From an uncultured Hyphomicrobiales bacterium (GTDB lineage Bacteria; Pseudomonadota; Alphaproteobacteria; Rhizobiales; JACESI01), in the NCBI GenBank assembly GCA_964553335.1, contig CAZKKW010000004.1, positions 14,842 to 56,385 of the forward strand: 41,544 nt of DNA, written 5' to 3'. Each line of letters begins with the position of its first letter. Positions within the stretch are counted from its first letter, which is position 1. Shown here piece by piece: positions 1 to 9,084 of this stretch. Below the pieces are notes generated by a model that did no database searches, was not told the origin of the DNA, and worked only from the letters and a program-made list of their open reading frames with translations. A program made the position numbers and the translations under genes.

Positions 1-86
1 AAGAAGATGCGGAGCCACATTATGATGTGGATAGCGTTTTCGGCAAGCTTGCAGATCTTAAAAATGATGAAGGTGGCGAGGCTTAA
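1..86 (+). CDS. 3' end of a gene entering the window, probably DUF1013 family (TrcR-like)
   Basis: Frame starting at base 3 reads EDAEPHYDVDSVFGKLADLKNDEGGEA-stop (TAA 84-86) and is followed by a terminator. The DSVFxKL acidic tail and the position near prpE/DUF465/purE match my recollection of rhizobial DUF1013 genes. Confidence 0.5.
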   Translation, partial: EDAEPHYDVDSVFGKLADLKNDEGGEA

Positions 87-109
87 AGAGCGCTGATCAT
101 CGATTGTTT

Positions 110-137
110 AAAACCCAGCCTTTGAGCTGGGTTTTTT
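110..137. terminator. Bidirectional intrinsic terminator
   Basis: AAAACCCAGC-ctttga-GCTGGGTTTT stem-loop with A and T tracts, between convergent genes. Confidence 0.85.
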
Positions 138-167
138 GTTGGGTAAGGGGGCGGGCATTTGCACAGC

Positions 168-836
168 TTATAGTTTCCCCTCCGCCAGAATGATGCTTTT
201 CGGTTCTTGGATGGATTGAAACGGTTTTTTGCCCTGATACTCAAAGTGCTCAAATGAAATTTCTGCTCGTTTTATGTGGCCCAATTTGTTCAAGACAAAG
301 TGCTGTGTTGCGGCGGATGATAATTCGCCGATGACGGATTGATAGCCCAGTTTCTTTGCATTTGAGTGGGCAAACCCTCTCATCTCTTGGTAGATGCCTT
401 GCCCAAGATAAGCAGGTGCGATGGCTGCCATGTCTAAATAGGCGATTTCACCAAGCTTGGGTTTGCGTTGTTCAATAAAGGATTGGCACAGGGCCGTTGA
501 TAAGGCGCTGAGTGGTGCAAATTTGGGGGGCGTGGTGCTCTTGCTTTTTATGTGGTGATAAAAATCACAACCGATCAAACAACCAATCACCTCTTGTGTT
601 TTTGTATCAATCGCCACCACTGACAGGCCTGATGAAGCCATTTCTTCATAGGATGCTTTAAGGTAGGGGCGGTATTCTTCCAGACTAATGTTGAGCGCTT
701 TGTGCAAGGTGCTTGCGTTCACGAATACCTCGGTCACCAAGTCAAAAGCTGCTTGCTCATGGGTTGATGTGAGGGGATGGAACTGGATGGGCATGAGGTA
801 GCTTGCTTGTTGGAGACCATCGAAAGTCTCTATCAT
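168..836 (-). CDS. GNAT-family N-acetyltransferase (arylalkylamine N-acetyltransferase-like)
   Basis: Acetyl-CoA motif A (AIAPAYLGQGIY), C-terminal ELSSAATQ..LNKLGH. ATGA overlap with the upstream oxidase; the start could instead be the internal MPIQF. Confidence 0.75.
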   Translation of the reverse strand: MIETFDGLQQASYLMPIQFHPLTSTHEQAAFDLVTEVFVNASTLHKALNISLEEYRPYLKASYEEMASSGLSVVAIDTKTQEVIGCLIGCDFYHHIKSKSTTPPKFAPLSALSTALCQSFIEQRKPKLGEIAYLDMAAIAPAYLGQGIYQEMRGFAHSNAKKLGYQSVIGELSSAATQHFVLNKLGHIKRAEISFEHFEYQGKKPFQSIQEPKSIILAEGKL

Positions 837-1891
837 GCGTCGTTATTTATCAATGTATCGGCGGTTGTTTGTGCAGCGGCAAGTGCGCCTTCTAAATATC
901 CACCCATCTCAGGGGCTACTTCGGTGACGCAAAGGTGGAAATTGCGGTGAGGAAGGGTTTTGAGTGCGTTTGGTAGGCCATAGTTTGGATGATGCCTCAG
1001 TGGGGCAAGGTCGAGTTCGTTTGCAGTATGGGGGTCAAAAGCCCAATCTTTATAAATGAGCTCGATTGGGTTTGCAGCTTCTTCACCAAAAAGACGAATG
1101 AGCTGCGCTTGCACCGCGGCTAGAATGGCATATTCATTGTTTCGTCGATGGGGTGCAGGAACCCCAAGAAAGCCGAATAAGCCCGCAGGTGAATTTGGTG
1201 TGTTGGGTGATGCATCGTGGATTTCGACCATTGGGCCATGCCTGCTTGATGCATCGCCTGAAAGGCCTGCTGTACGCCAAAACGGTTTTTCATAAAGGGC
1301 AAGAATTTTTGCGTGGCCCGCCATCCACGTTGAGATGGAGCGCATAGTGTCACTTTGTGCCTGATCTAAAGGAGGCTCGATCGTGAGGTCTGGGATCAAC
1401 CGAGGCGGTAAGGCGAAGACGATTTGTTGTGCTTTACATGTGCTGCCATTGGCGAAAGTTATGCCGCTCTCAGTGTCGATGGTTTCGGCTTTAAATTGGG
1501 TATGGATGCAGTCTTTCGGCAGTCCATCAGCAATGGCTTGAATGATTTTTCCCATGCCGCCATCAACACGCCATGACCCTTGCATGGAGGCAAATCCTTG
1601 ATCGCGGATGACGTCGCCAGTTTCTGTTTCATAAAGCTGCATGCCGATCGCAAATTGCTCAAAACAGGTAAGGCCGAGATCAGATGTGAGTGTTTCCATT
1701 CTTGATTGGCCAGACCAAAACCACGCGGGGCCGAGATCATAGCTTGCATCTTCCAATTGATGGGTTTTGATGCGACCGCCAAACCTGTCGCGCGCTTCAA
1801 AAAGTTGGAAATTGAGGCCAGCTTTGTGCAAATGCCGCGCGAGAGAAAGGCCCGCAAGCCCGCCGCCTATAATGGCGATATTGGTTTTCAT
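833..1891 (-). CDS. Flavin-dependent amine oxidase family protein
   Basis: IIGGGLAG dinucleotide motif, FEARDRFGGR, DLGPAWFW, C-terminal GGYLEGALAA. Start taken at MKTNIAII (1891); 1909 is an alternative. Confidence 0.85.
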   Translation of the reverse strand: MKTNIAIIGGGLAGLSLARHLHKAGLNFQLFEARDRFGGRIKTHQLEDASYDLGPAWFWSGQSRMETLTSDLGLTCFEQFAIGMQLYETETGDVIRDQGFASMQGSWRVDGGMGKIIQAIADGLPKDCIHTQFKAETIDTESGITFANGSTCKAQQIVFALPPRLIPDLTIEPPLDQAQSDTMRSISTWMAGHAKILALYEKPFWRTAGLSGDASSRHGPMVEIHDASPNTPNSPAGLFGFLGVPAPHRRNNEYAILAAVQAQLIRLFGEEAANPIELIYKDWAFDPHTANELDLAPLRHHPNYGLPNALKTLPHRNFHLCVTEVAPEMGGYLEGALAAAQTTADTLINNDA

Positions 1892-1956
1892 CGCGTTCTC
1901 AGGGGCCATTGGTTATCCAGTTATCGTCATTTTTGTCGGATAACAAGACGCCAAAA

Positions 1957-2751
1957 TTAAGCTTCGTCCGGCACGGGCACAACATAGTTGAGGCCTAAAC
2001 GCCCGCCATCTGCGTAGATGGTTTGGCCGGTGATATAGCTTGCATCATCAGAGGCTAAGAAGGAGACGACGGAAGCGATTTCTTTCGGGTCGCCAAGCCT
2101 TAAGGCCGGTGTGCGAGAGAGCATACGGGCGCGGGCTTCTGGGTCGTGATTTACGGCCTCCAACATCGGCGTCATGATAGAACCTGGGCCAACGGCATTA
2201 ACGCGGATGCCGTGTTTGGCAAGGGCGAGTGAGGCGACTTTTGTCAGTTGGTTCACACCGCCTTTTGAAAGGGAATAAGGAATTTGGTTCTCAATCGCGA
2301 CCACTGAGTTGATCGACGACATATTGACGATTGAACCCGGTTTAGAGCCTGCTTCGGCACGTTCCACCATGTGTTTTGCAACCGCCTGCGACACGAGGAA
2401 CGAGCCCTTGAGGTTGATGTCCATTACGCGGTCAAAATCTTCTTCGGTAATTTCCAAAAACGAGGCGCCATGAACAACGCCTGCATTATTGACCAGAATA
2501 TCAATGTCGCCATAAGCATCTAAGGTGCTTGCCACAAGGTTATGAACATCAAGGCGCTCGGCAACATTGCAGTGAACATATCTGACAGGACCATATTCAC
2601 CCAAGGCTTGAACCGCTTCGCTTGCCAGATCATCATTTATGTCGGCGATAACCACGCGAGCGCCATCACGAAGAAGTCGCTCACAAATTGCATAACCAAT
2701 GCCTTGCGCACCGCCGGTTACAATCGCCACACGATTTTGATGTTCAGCCAT
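1957..2751 (-). CDS. SDR-family oxidoreductase (classical, probably NAD-dependent)
   Basis: TGGAQGIG, NNAG, YSLSK catalytic motif, Asp at the end of beta2 (IADIN). Confidence 0.92.
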   Translation of the reverse strand: MAEHQNRVAIVTGGAQGIGYAICERLLRDGARVVIADINDDLASEAVQALGEYGPVRYVHCNVAERLDVHNLVASTLDAYGDIDILVNNAGVVHGASFLEITEEDFDRVMDINLKGSFLVSQAVAKHMVERAEAGSKPGSIVNMSSINSVVAIENQIPYSLSKGGVNQLTKVASLALAKHGIRVNAVGPGSIMTPMLEAVNHDPEARARMLSRTPALRLGDPKEIASVVSFLASDDASYITGQTIYADGGRLGLNYVVPVPDEA

Positions 2752-2796
2752 GTTTGTACCCTTTATATCTTTTAACTCAGCACTCAGCTTTGCAAC

Positions 2797-4683
2797 TTAT
2801 TGAGACAGCGCTTCGCGTATTTCATCAATAATGGCTGGATCGTCAATAGTGGCTGGCACTGCAACGTCCTCGCCATCTGCAATTGCACGCATGGTGGCAC
2901 GCAAAATTTTACCCGATCGGGTTTTTGGAAGGCGAGCAACGCAGACTACTTTCTTGAAAGCAGCAACGGGCCCAATTTCTTGACGCACCAATGCAACGAC
3001 TTCTTTTTCTATCTCTGCTGGGTCACGATTGACGCCTGAATTGATGATGAGGAAGCCTGCTGGAATTTGACCTTTCAGTTTATCTGCAATGCCAACGACC
3101 GCACATTCAGCCACATCTGGATGGCCTGCAACCACTTCTTCCATGCCGCCCGTTGAAAGGCGGTGGCCTGCCACATTGATGATGTCGTCGGTGCGGGCCA
3201 TGATGAAGATATAGCCATTTTCGTCAACATAGCCTGCATCAGAGGTTTGGTAGTAGCCGGGGAATTCTGAGAGGTAGCTTTCTTTAAAGCGCTCGTCATT
3301 TTCCCAAAGGGTTGGAAAGGCGCCGGGTGGCAAAGGCAGTTTGATGACAATATTGCCGAGTTGCCCTGCTTCAACCTCTTTGCCCTCATCATCTAAAACC
3401 TGAAGGTCATATCCCGGCATCGCAACGGTTGGTGAACCAAGCACGACGGGCAGGGGTTCAATGCCCATAGGGTTGCCCGCAATTGTCCAGCCTGTTTCTG
3501 TTTGCCACCAATGATCAATCACCGGCACGTCAAGTTTATCTTGCGCCCATGTGATGGTATCTGGATCGGCGCGTTCGCCAGCTAGGAACAACGTTCTGAA
3601 ATGGCTGAGGTCATAATTATTGATCAGATCCCCGTTCGGGTCTTCTTTCTTGATGGCCCGAAACGCAGTTGGTGCAGTGAACATTGAGACGACTTTGTGC
3701 TCACTAATCACTCGCCAGAAGGTGCCAGCGTCTGGTGTTCCAACGGGCTTTCCTTCAAACAGGATAGTTGTGCAGCCATGGGTTAAGGGAGCGTAGACGA
3801 TATAGGAATGGCCAACCACCCAACCCACATCGGAAGCGGCCCAAAACACTTCACCCGGTTTAATGTCGTAAATGAATTCCATGGTCCATTTACCAGCGAC
3901 CAAATGGCCGCCGTTATCGCGAACAACGCCCTTTGGAACGCCTGTTGTGCCGGAGGTGTAAAGCACATAAAGCGGGTCTGTTGCTTTAACAGGAACACAG
4001 GGTACCTCGCGACCACGCCTTGCATCCGTTGCGCTTTTCATGTCTTCGTCGCGGCCTTCAACCAAATCGCAGATCAATTGTTCGCGCTGTAAGATAAGGC
4101 AATAGGCGGGTTTGCTTGTTGCAAGGTCAATGGCTTCATCAAGCAGGGGTTTATAGGCAACGGTCCGACCTGGCTCTAAGCCGCATGAAGCGGATATGAT
4201 TGCTTTGGGTTTGGCATCATCAATGCGGATTGCGAGTTCGCGAGCGGCAAAACCACCGAAGACCACCGAATGTACTGCCCCGATGCGGGCGCAGGCGAGC
4301 ATGGCAAAAGCTGCCTCAGGCACCATTGGCATATAGATGATGACGCGGTCACCTTTTTCAACGCCTTGGTCTTGTAAAACGGCTGCCATTGCTGAGACTT
4401 CGCTCAGCATATCATTATAGGTGAATTTCCTTTGGCTGCCCGTCATTGGGCTGTCATAGATGATGGCGTTTTGTTCGCCGCGCCCGTCAGCAATTTGTTT
4501 GTCGATTGCGTTAAAGCAGGTGTTGCATTCACCACCAACATACCAGCGACCATAAATGCCCGCATCTGGATCAAAAGTTTTGTCGAAGGGTTTTGACCAT
4601 TCTATTGCTTGAGCGGCTTCTTCCCAAAATTTCTCTGGTGCGGCCTTCCACTGGTCATAAACTGCTTGATATGTACCTGCCAT
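2797..4683 (-). CDS. prpE: Propionyl-CoA synthetase (acyl-CoA synthetase short-chain family)
   Basis: YTSGTTGVPKG AMP-binding loop, DHWWQTETG, PKTRSGKILR; GGAG ribosome-binding site upstream. Confidence 0.88.
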   Translation of the reverse strand: MAGTYQAVYDQWKAAPEKFWEEAAQAIEWSKPFDKTFDPDAGIYGRWYVGGECNTCFNAIDKQIADGRGEQNAIIYDSPMTGSQRKFTYNDMLSEVSAMAAVLQDQGVEKGDRVIIYMPMVPEAAFAMLACARIGAVHSVVFGGFAARELAIRIDDAKPKAIISASCGLEPGRTVAYKPLLDEAIDLATSKPAYCLILQREQLICDLVEGRDEDMKSATDARRGREVPCVPVKATDPLYVLYTSGTTGVPKGVVRDNGGHLVAGKWTMEFIYDIKPGEVFWAASDVGWVVGHSYIVYAPLTHGCTTILFEGKPVGTPDAGTFWRVISEHKVVSMFTAPTAFRAIKKEDPNGDLINNYDLSHFRTLFLAGERADPDTITWAQDKLDVPVIDHWWQTETGWTIAGNPMGIEPLPVVLGSPTVAMPGYDLQVLDDEGKEVEAGQLGNIVIKLPLPPGAFPTLWENDERFKESYLSEFPGYYQTSDAGYVDENGYIFIMARTDDIINVAGHRLSTGGMEEVVAGHPDVAECAVVGIADKLKGQIPAGFLIINSGVNRDPAEIEKEVVALVRQEIGPVAAFKKVVCVARLPKTRSGKILRATMRAIADGEDVAVPATIDDPAIIDEIREALSQ

Positions 4684-4821
4684 TTTACTCTCCTCCAGAC
4701 GTTGCTCACGTCATAACTTCAAGCGGGTTATAGCCAATAAAGCCGCTTACAGAAATTATTAAATTGGATGAAGTTGGATTAATTGCAGAAATAAACGGCG
4801 AAAACCCGCCAATTGCGGATG

Positions 4822-4842
4822 TTTGCAAAGTGGCTTTGCATT
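4822..4842. promoter_or_regulatory. Candidate ScfR/PccR-type operator upstream of prpE
   Basis: TTTGCAAA-gtggc-TTTGCATT, which contains the 7-3-7 inverted repeat TGCAAAG-tgg-CTTTGCA. Confidence 0.4.
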
Positions 4843-4907
4843 GTTTAGCCGAGAGGTGGTGTGTTTGGTCCAGAGGTGATGTTTGCTTGGAAGCAATAAG
4901 ATTGAAG

Positions 4908-4933
4908 TGAAACCGCATGCCGCTGCGGTTTCA
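4908..4933 (-). terminator. Stem-loop downstream of the minus-strand DUF465 gene (possible terminator)
   Basis: TGAAACCGCA-tgccgc-TGCGGTTTCA, perfect 10-bp stem with a weak U tract. Confidence 0.55.
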
Positions 4934-4974
4934 ATGTTTGGATGTCTCAATCAAATTCCAACTGTTTTCAGTCG

Positions 4975-5154
4975 TCAATGATGCAATTCATTGCCTGAAA
5001 GCCGGTGAATTTGGTCTTTCAAATAAAGCTTTTTTCTTTTGAGTGCAGCAATTTCCAGCGGATTTTGACTTGGATGCATGCCTGCATCTTTGATCTGCTG
5101 TTCTAGGTTGCTATGCCGTTTGGTTAGTTCTTCAAGATGCGATTCCATCGACAT
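4975..5154 (-). CDS. YdcH/DUF465 family small coiled-coil protein (59 aa, not in the ORF track)
   Basis: Manual translation MSMESHLEELTKRHSNLEQQIKDAGMHPSQNPLEIAALKRKKLYLKDQIHRLSGNELHH; H..L and LKxxKLxLKDxI motifs; AAGGGA ribosome-binding site. Confidence 0.9.
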   Translation of the reverse strand: MSMESHLEELTKRHSNLEQQIKDAGMHPSQNPLEIAALKRKKLYLKDQIHRLSGNELHH

Positions 5155-5482
5155 TCATGTATCCCTTTCAAGTTGGCAACAATGTAAGTTCTTCAGTGTA
5201 ACTGACTAACTTTCGTCACTATGTGATTTAAAAGGATGCCATACAAAGAGTGAAACAACAGCAAGTTTTACAACACACAATGACAATTTTGACAGCGTAG
5301 CAAATGAAGTCTGAAGCGCAACGGTAAGTTTTTAAAAGTCTGTCGTTTTTAAAATTCTAGGCGTTCTCCACAGTCAATTTGTGGAAAAAGCGGCATAGTA
5401 TGGCAAAATGTGAGAGGGTAATGAGGCAATTTTCTTTGGTCCTTAATAGATGCCAATACAAAAAACGAATCGAGCTTGTTGC

Positions 5483-5689
5483 GTGACTGACGATGAAGAA
5501 AAAGAAATCCGAATTGAAATTGGAAAATTGCGACAAGAACACCGTGATTTAGATGTCGCGATTGATGCGTTAATGGAGTCAGGCAAATCTGATCCGCTTA
5601 GGGTGCAGCGTTTAAAGAAACAAAAATTGCGATTGCGTGATAAAATCACAACGTTGGAAGATGGTCTCTTTCCCGATATTATCGCCTGA
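5483..5689 (+). CDS. YdcH/DUF465 family protein
   Basis: LRQEHRDLDVAI..QRLKKQKLRLRDKI..PDIIA. Start taken at GTG 5483; the ORF track extends it to 5450. Confidence 0.9.
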   Translation: MTDDEEKEIRIEIGKLRQEHRDLDVAIDALMESGKSDPLRVQRLKKQKLRLRDKITTLEDGLFPDIIA

Positions 5690-5843
5690 TTTGCACTTAT
5701 TTTAAGGCTGTTTCAGCCGTTTTGCTTTCATTGCAGGGATAAACTTTAAGTTTAATAGCAAAGTTTTACGCTTTTCCTTGCGTCAGCAACGATGCTGAGT
5801 ATAGTCGCGCCTTCTCTTGATACGGTTGAATGAAAGACATGAT

Positions 5844-6338
5844 ATGGGTGATGGGTCCCCAAGAGTTGCAATTATTATGGGAAGCCAGTCTGACTGGCCG
5901 ACGATGAAACATGGCGCGGACATCCTTGATGAACTGGGTGTGAGCTACGATGCAAAGATCGTTTCTGCCCACCGCACACCAGATCGCCTTGTGGAATTTT
6001 CCAAAGGGGCGAAGGCTGCGGGCTATCAAGTAATTATTGCGGGTGCCGGTGGTGCGGCTCATTTGCCGGGCATGTGTGCGTCTATGACACCCTTGCCCGT
6101 TTTCGGCGTGCCCGTTCAGTCAAAAGCGCTTTCTGGCCAAGACAGTCTTTTATCCATCGTTCAAATGCCCGCAGGCATCCCCGTTGGAACGCTTGCAATT
6201 GGTAAAGCGGGTGCTGCCAATGCGGCTTTGCTTTCAGCGGCTGTCTTAGCGCTACAAGATAGTGATTTAGCAGATAAACTTGACCAATGGCGCGCGGCTC
6301 AAACCGCGAAAATTGCGGAAGAACCGCAAGATGAGTAA
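5844..6338 (+). CDS. purE: N5-carboxyaminoimidazole ribonucleotide mutase
   Basis: [38 protein letters not shown]. Confidence 0.97.
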   Translation: MGDGSPRVAIIMGSQSDWPTMKHGADILDELGVSYDAKIVSAHRTPDRLVEFSKGAKAAGYQVIIAGAGGAAHLPGMCASMTPLPVFGVPVQSKALSGQDSLLSIVQMPAGIPVGTLAIGKAGAANAALLSAAVLALQDSDLADKLDQWRAAQTAKIAEEPQDE

Positions 6339-7440
6339 GGCGCGCATTGGTGATGATGAAGCGCTTCCGCTCGGCGGCACCATCGGCATTTTGGGCGGTG
6401 GGCAACTGGGTCGGATGCTCGCCTTGGCTGCAAGCCCGCTTGGATTTCGCTGCCATGTCTATAGCGCGACAACAGGCCCAGCCTTTGATGTTTGCGTTGA
6501 AGGAATGACGGCCAAATATGAAGACCGTGCCGCCTTGGCAGAATTTGCAAAAAGCGTTGATGTGGTCACCTATGAGTTTGAAAACATTCCGGTTTCTACT
6601 GTTGAGTTCTTATCGCAATTTTGCCCTGTAAGGCCAAATCCGCGTGCGCTGGAAGTCTCGCAGGACCGTTTGGTTGAAAAACAATTCTTACAAAAATGTG
6701 GTGCCACCGTTGCAGGGTTTGCAGCCATTGAAACGGGAGCAGAGCTTGAAGAAGCGCTTGCTGGGTTTGGCGGCAATGGCGTCTTGAAAACGCGTCGTTT
6801 TGGTTATGACGGCAAGGGGCAGGTGATGCTTCGGGCTGAAAAGCCAATGCTAGCTGTTGAGGCCGTCAATCAACTAGGCAACGTGCCGTTGATTTTAGAA
6901 GAATTGATCCCGTTTAGCCGCGAAGTTTCTGTTATTGCTGTTCGTGGGTTGAATGGTGAAACCTGTAGTTATGATGTGGCTGAAAATGTGCATGAAAACC
7001 ATATTTTGAAAACATCCACTCTGCCCGCCAACCTTCCTGAAAAAGCAAAGACAGAAGCGCGGCTTATTGCTGAAAAAATTCTGACTGAGCTTGAATATGT
7101 CGGCACAATGGGCGTTGAATTTTTCGTTGTTGGTAATGGCGATGAGACTCGAATGTTGGTCAATGAAATTGCGCCGCGTGTACATAATTCTGGCCACTGG
7201 ACGATGGATGCTTGCTCGTATTCACAGTTTGAGCAACACATGCGCGCTGTTGCGGGTTGGCCTTTGCAGCCCTGTGAGCGCCATGCAGATGTGGTGATGA
7301 CCAATTTGCTGGGTGATGATATTCACAAATGGGCTGATTATGCAGCTGAACGTAACGTTCATTTTCATGACTACGCCAAGCATCAGGTTAAAGCTGGCCG
7401 TAAAATGGGGCATATCAACCGTTTGTCTCCTATTGGGTAG
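6331..7440 (+). CDS. purK: N5-carboxyaminoimidazole ribonucleotide synthase
   Basis: [42 protein letters not shown]; ATG overlaps the purE stop. Confidence 0.97.
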   Translation: MSKARIGDDEALPLGGTIGILGGGQLGRMLALAASPLGFRCHVYSATTGPAFDVCVEGMTAKYEDRAALAEFAKSVDVVTYEFENIPVSTVEFLSQFCPVRPNPRALEVSQDRLVEKQFLQKCGATVAGFAAIETGAELEEALAGFGGNGVLKTRRFGYDGKGQVMLRAEKPMLAVEAVNQLGNVPLILEELIPFSREVSVIAVRGLNGETCSYDVAENVHENHILKTSTLPANLPEKAKTEARLIAEKILTELEYVGTMGVEFFVVGNGDETRMLVNEIAPRVHNSGHWTMDACSYSQFEQHMRAVAGWPLQPCERHADVVMTNLLGDDIHKWADYAAERNVHFHDYAKHQVKAGRKMGHINRLSPIG

Positions 7441-7609
7441 GGATTCAAATAGGTTAAATTGCCCTGATTTTTTCGCGACTTTTCGCACCTGTGCCATAGA
7501 CAGACACCCTGCTTTCTGGTATCAACCGCCCACTTGATGGCGCTATCGGGCTGTGAAGCCCCCTTTTTATTGCGCTTTTCGCAAAAATTAACAAAGATAG
7601 GAAGAACGA

Positions 7610-7834
7610 GTGCAAGTACTGGTTCGTGACAACAATGTTGACCAAGCGCTTCGTGCGCTGAAAAAGAAAATGCAACGTGAAGGCATTTTCCGTGAAATGA
7701 AGCTTCGTAACTTTTATGAGAAGCCGTCTGAAAAAAGAGCGCGGGAAAAGGCTGAAGCCATCCGTCGCACGCGGAAACTTGCGCGCAAAAAAATGCAGCG
7801 CGAAGGGCTCTTGCCAAGCAAGCCTCGCCGCTAG
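7610..7834 (+). CDS. rpsU: 30S ribosomal protein S21
   Basis: [31 protein letters not shown]; GTG start. Confidence 0.98.
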   Translation: MQVLVRDNNVDQALRALKKKMQREGIFREMKLRNFYEKPSEKRAREKAEAIRRTRKLARKKMQREGLLPSKPRR

Positions 7835-7860
7835 TATTTTCGCGAAGTAATTCAAATTCA

Positions 7861-7903
7861 GGGCTGGGACGTTGATTGAAACGTATCCCGGCTCTATTTA
7901 TTT
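7861..7903 (+). terminator. Probable intrinsic terminator after rpsU
   Basis: Imperfect stem GGGCTGGGACGTT...AACGTATCCCGGCTC followed by TATTTATTT. Confidence 0.55.
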
Positions 7904-8000
7904 GTAACTATAACGTGTATTGTTGTTTAAACACTACTTATGATTTGACCTGTGAGCATCTTCGTGGTCATAAGGTGGTGTCTTAACTGGGCGAGAAGAG

Positions 8001-8840
8001 ATGGCGTTACAGATGAAACCACTTAGAACAGCTTGGCCGCTTTTGCTTGGTCTTGTGCTTGCAGGTTGTCAGTCCAATAGTTCATTTATTGAACTTGAAG
8101 CAGTTGACCCAGCTACCGCCTCAGCTGGCAACATCGCGTCATTAACCGAAGTCATTCGTAACAGCCCAAATAATGCCACAGCGTTTAACACGCGTGGTTC
8201 TGCTTATGGCTCAGCGGGGCGTTTCAAAGACGCATTGGCAGATTTCAATCAGGCGCTACGCATTGATAATAAATTTTATCAAGCTTACGCAAATCGCGCG
8301 CTTGTTCGGCGTGCAACTGGTGATCAGCAAGGCGCTCTTCAAGACTACAACAAAGCATTGCGCATAAACCGCTCTTATGATGTGGCTTATATTGGGCGTG
8401 GTAACTTGTATCGTTCGCAAGGAAGAGCGGATGATGCGCTTCGAGATTACAATCAAGCGATTTCTTTGGGTACGACTGACCCGCGCGCTTTCCATAATCG
8501 CGGATTATTGTTCCAGATTAATGATCGCAACAATGAAGCCATTGATGATTTTACAACCTCAATTTCATTAGCGCCCCGTGCTGCGGCTCCTTGGAATGGC
8601 CGTGGTGCGAGTTATTTGGCAATTGGCAATGTGAAAAGTGCGCTTGTTGATTTCAATGAAGCGCTGAAGCGAGATGGAAACTCGCATACGGCTTGGACGA
8701 ATAGAGGTTTTGCAGAAGAGCAACTTGGTGAAAAACGCGCTGCGAAATCTTCTTTTCAGCGGGCCTTGCTCATTAAACCAAAACACAAACCGGCTTTAGA
8801 TGGACTAGCGCGGGTAGGCGGAAAGCCTAAAGACGCTTAA
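8001..8840 (+). CDS. TPR-repeat lipoprotein
   Basis: Lipobox LAGC after a hydrophobic segment; about seven 34-aa repeats of type AYxNRG..ALxDFNxAL. Confidence 0.9.
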   Translation: MALQMKPLRTAWPLLLGLVLAGCQSNSSFIELEAVDPATASAGNIASLTEVIRNSPNNATAFNTRGSAYGSAGRFKDALADFNQALRIDNKFYQAYANRALVRRATGDQQGALQDYNKALRINRSYDVAYIGRGNLYRSQGRADDALRDYNQAISLGTTDPRAFHNRGLLFQINDRNNEAIDDFTTSISLAPRAAAPWNGRGASYLAIGNVKSALVDFNEALKRDGNSHTAWTNRGFAEEQLGEKRAAKSSFQRALLIKPKHKPALDGLARVGGKPKDA

Positions 8841-8905
8841 ACGGCACTATGCGGCGCCGTTAAATGATCTATGCTCAATGAACTAAAGTCGGGGCTAAAT
8901 AAAAT

Positions 8906-8933
8906 AAAGGCGGGTTTTGAACCGCCTTTTTTT
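8906..8933. terminator. Bidirectional intrinsic terminator
   Basis: AAAGGCGG-gttttgaa-CCGCCTTT followed by a T run, A-rich on the 5' side, between convergent genes. Confidence 0.85.
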
Positions 8934-8952
8934 GTTTTCTTGAGACCTGCGA

Positions 8953-9084
8953 TTAGAGCAGGAAAATTGCCATCAAAACCAAAATCAGGATCACAGCAAT
9001 TGTACCCCATTTCGCCATGCCCAAAAACAGTGCGTATGTTTTGTTGTGCTCTGGATAATCCATCACTGGTTCTTTATCAGCCAT
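8953..9084 (-). CDS. ctaH: aa3-type cytochrome c oxidase subunit IV (43 aa, not in the ORF track)
   Basis: Manual translation MADKEPVMDYPEHNKTYALFLGMAKWGTIAVILILVLMAIFLL; MDYxEHxxTYxxF motif plus one transmembrane helix; GAGGGA ribosome-binding site. Confidence 0.85.
   Translation of the reverse strand: MADKEPVMDYPEHNKTYALFLGMAKWGTIAVILILVLMAIFLL

Noticed and set aside
4706-4950. 70-aa and 63-aa minus-strand ORFs upstream of prpE
   Set aside because: No convincing start or ribosome-binding site; they overlap a stem-loop and probable operator sequences
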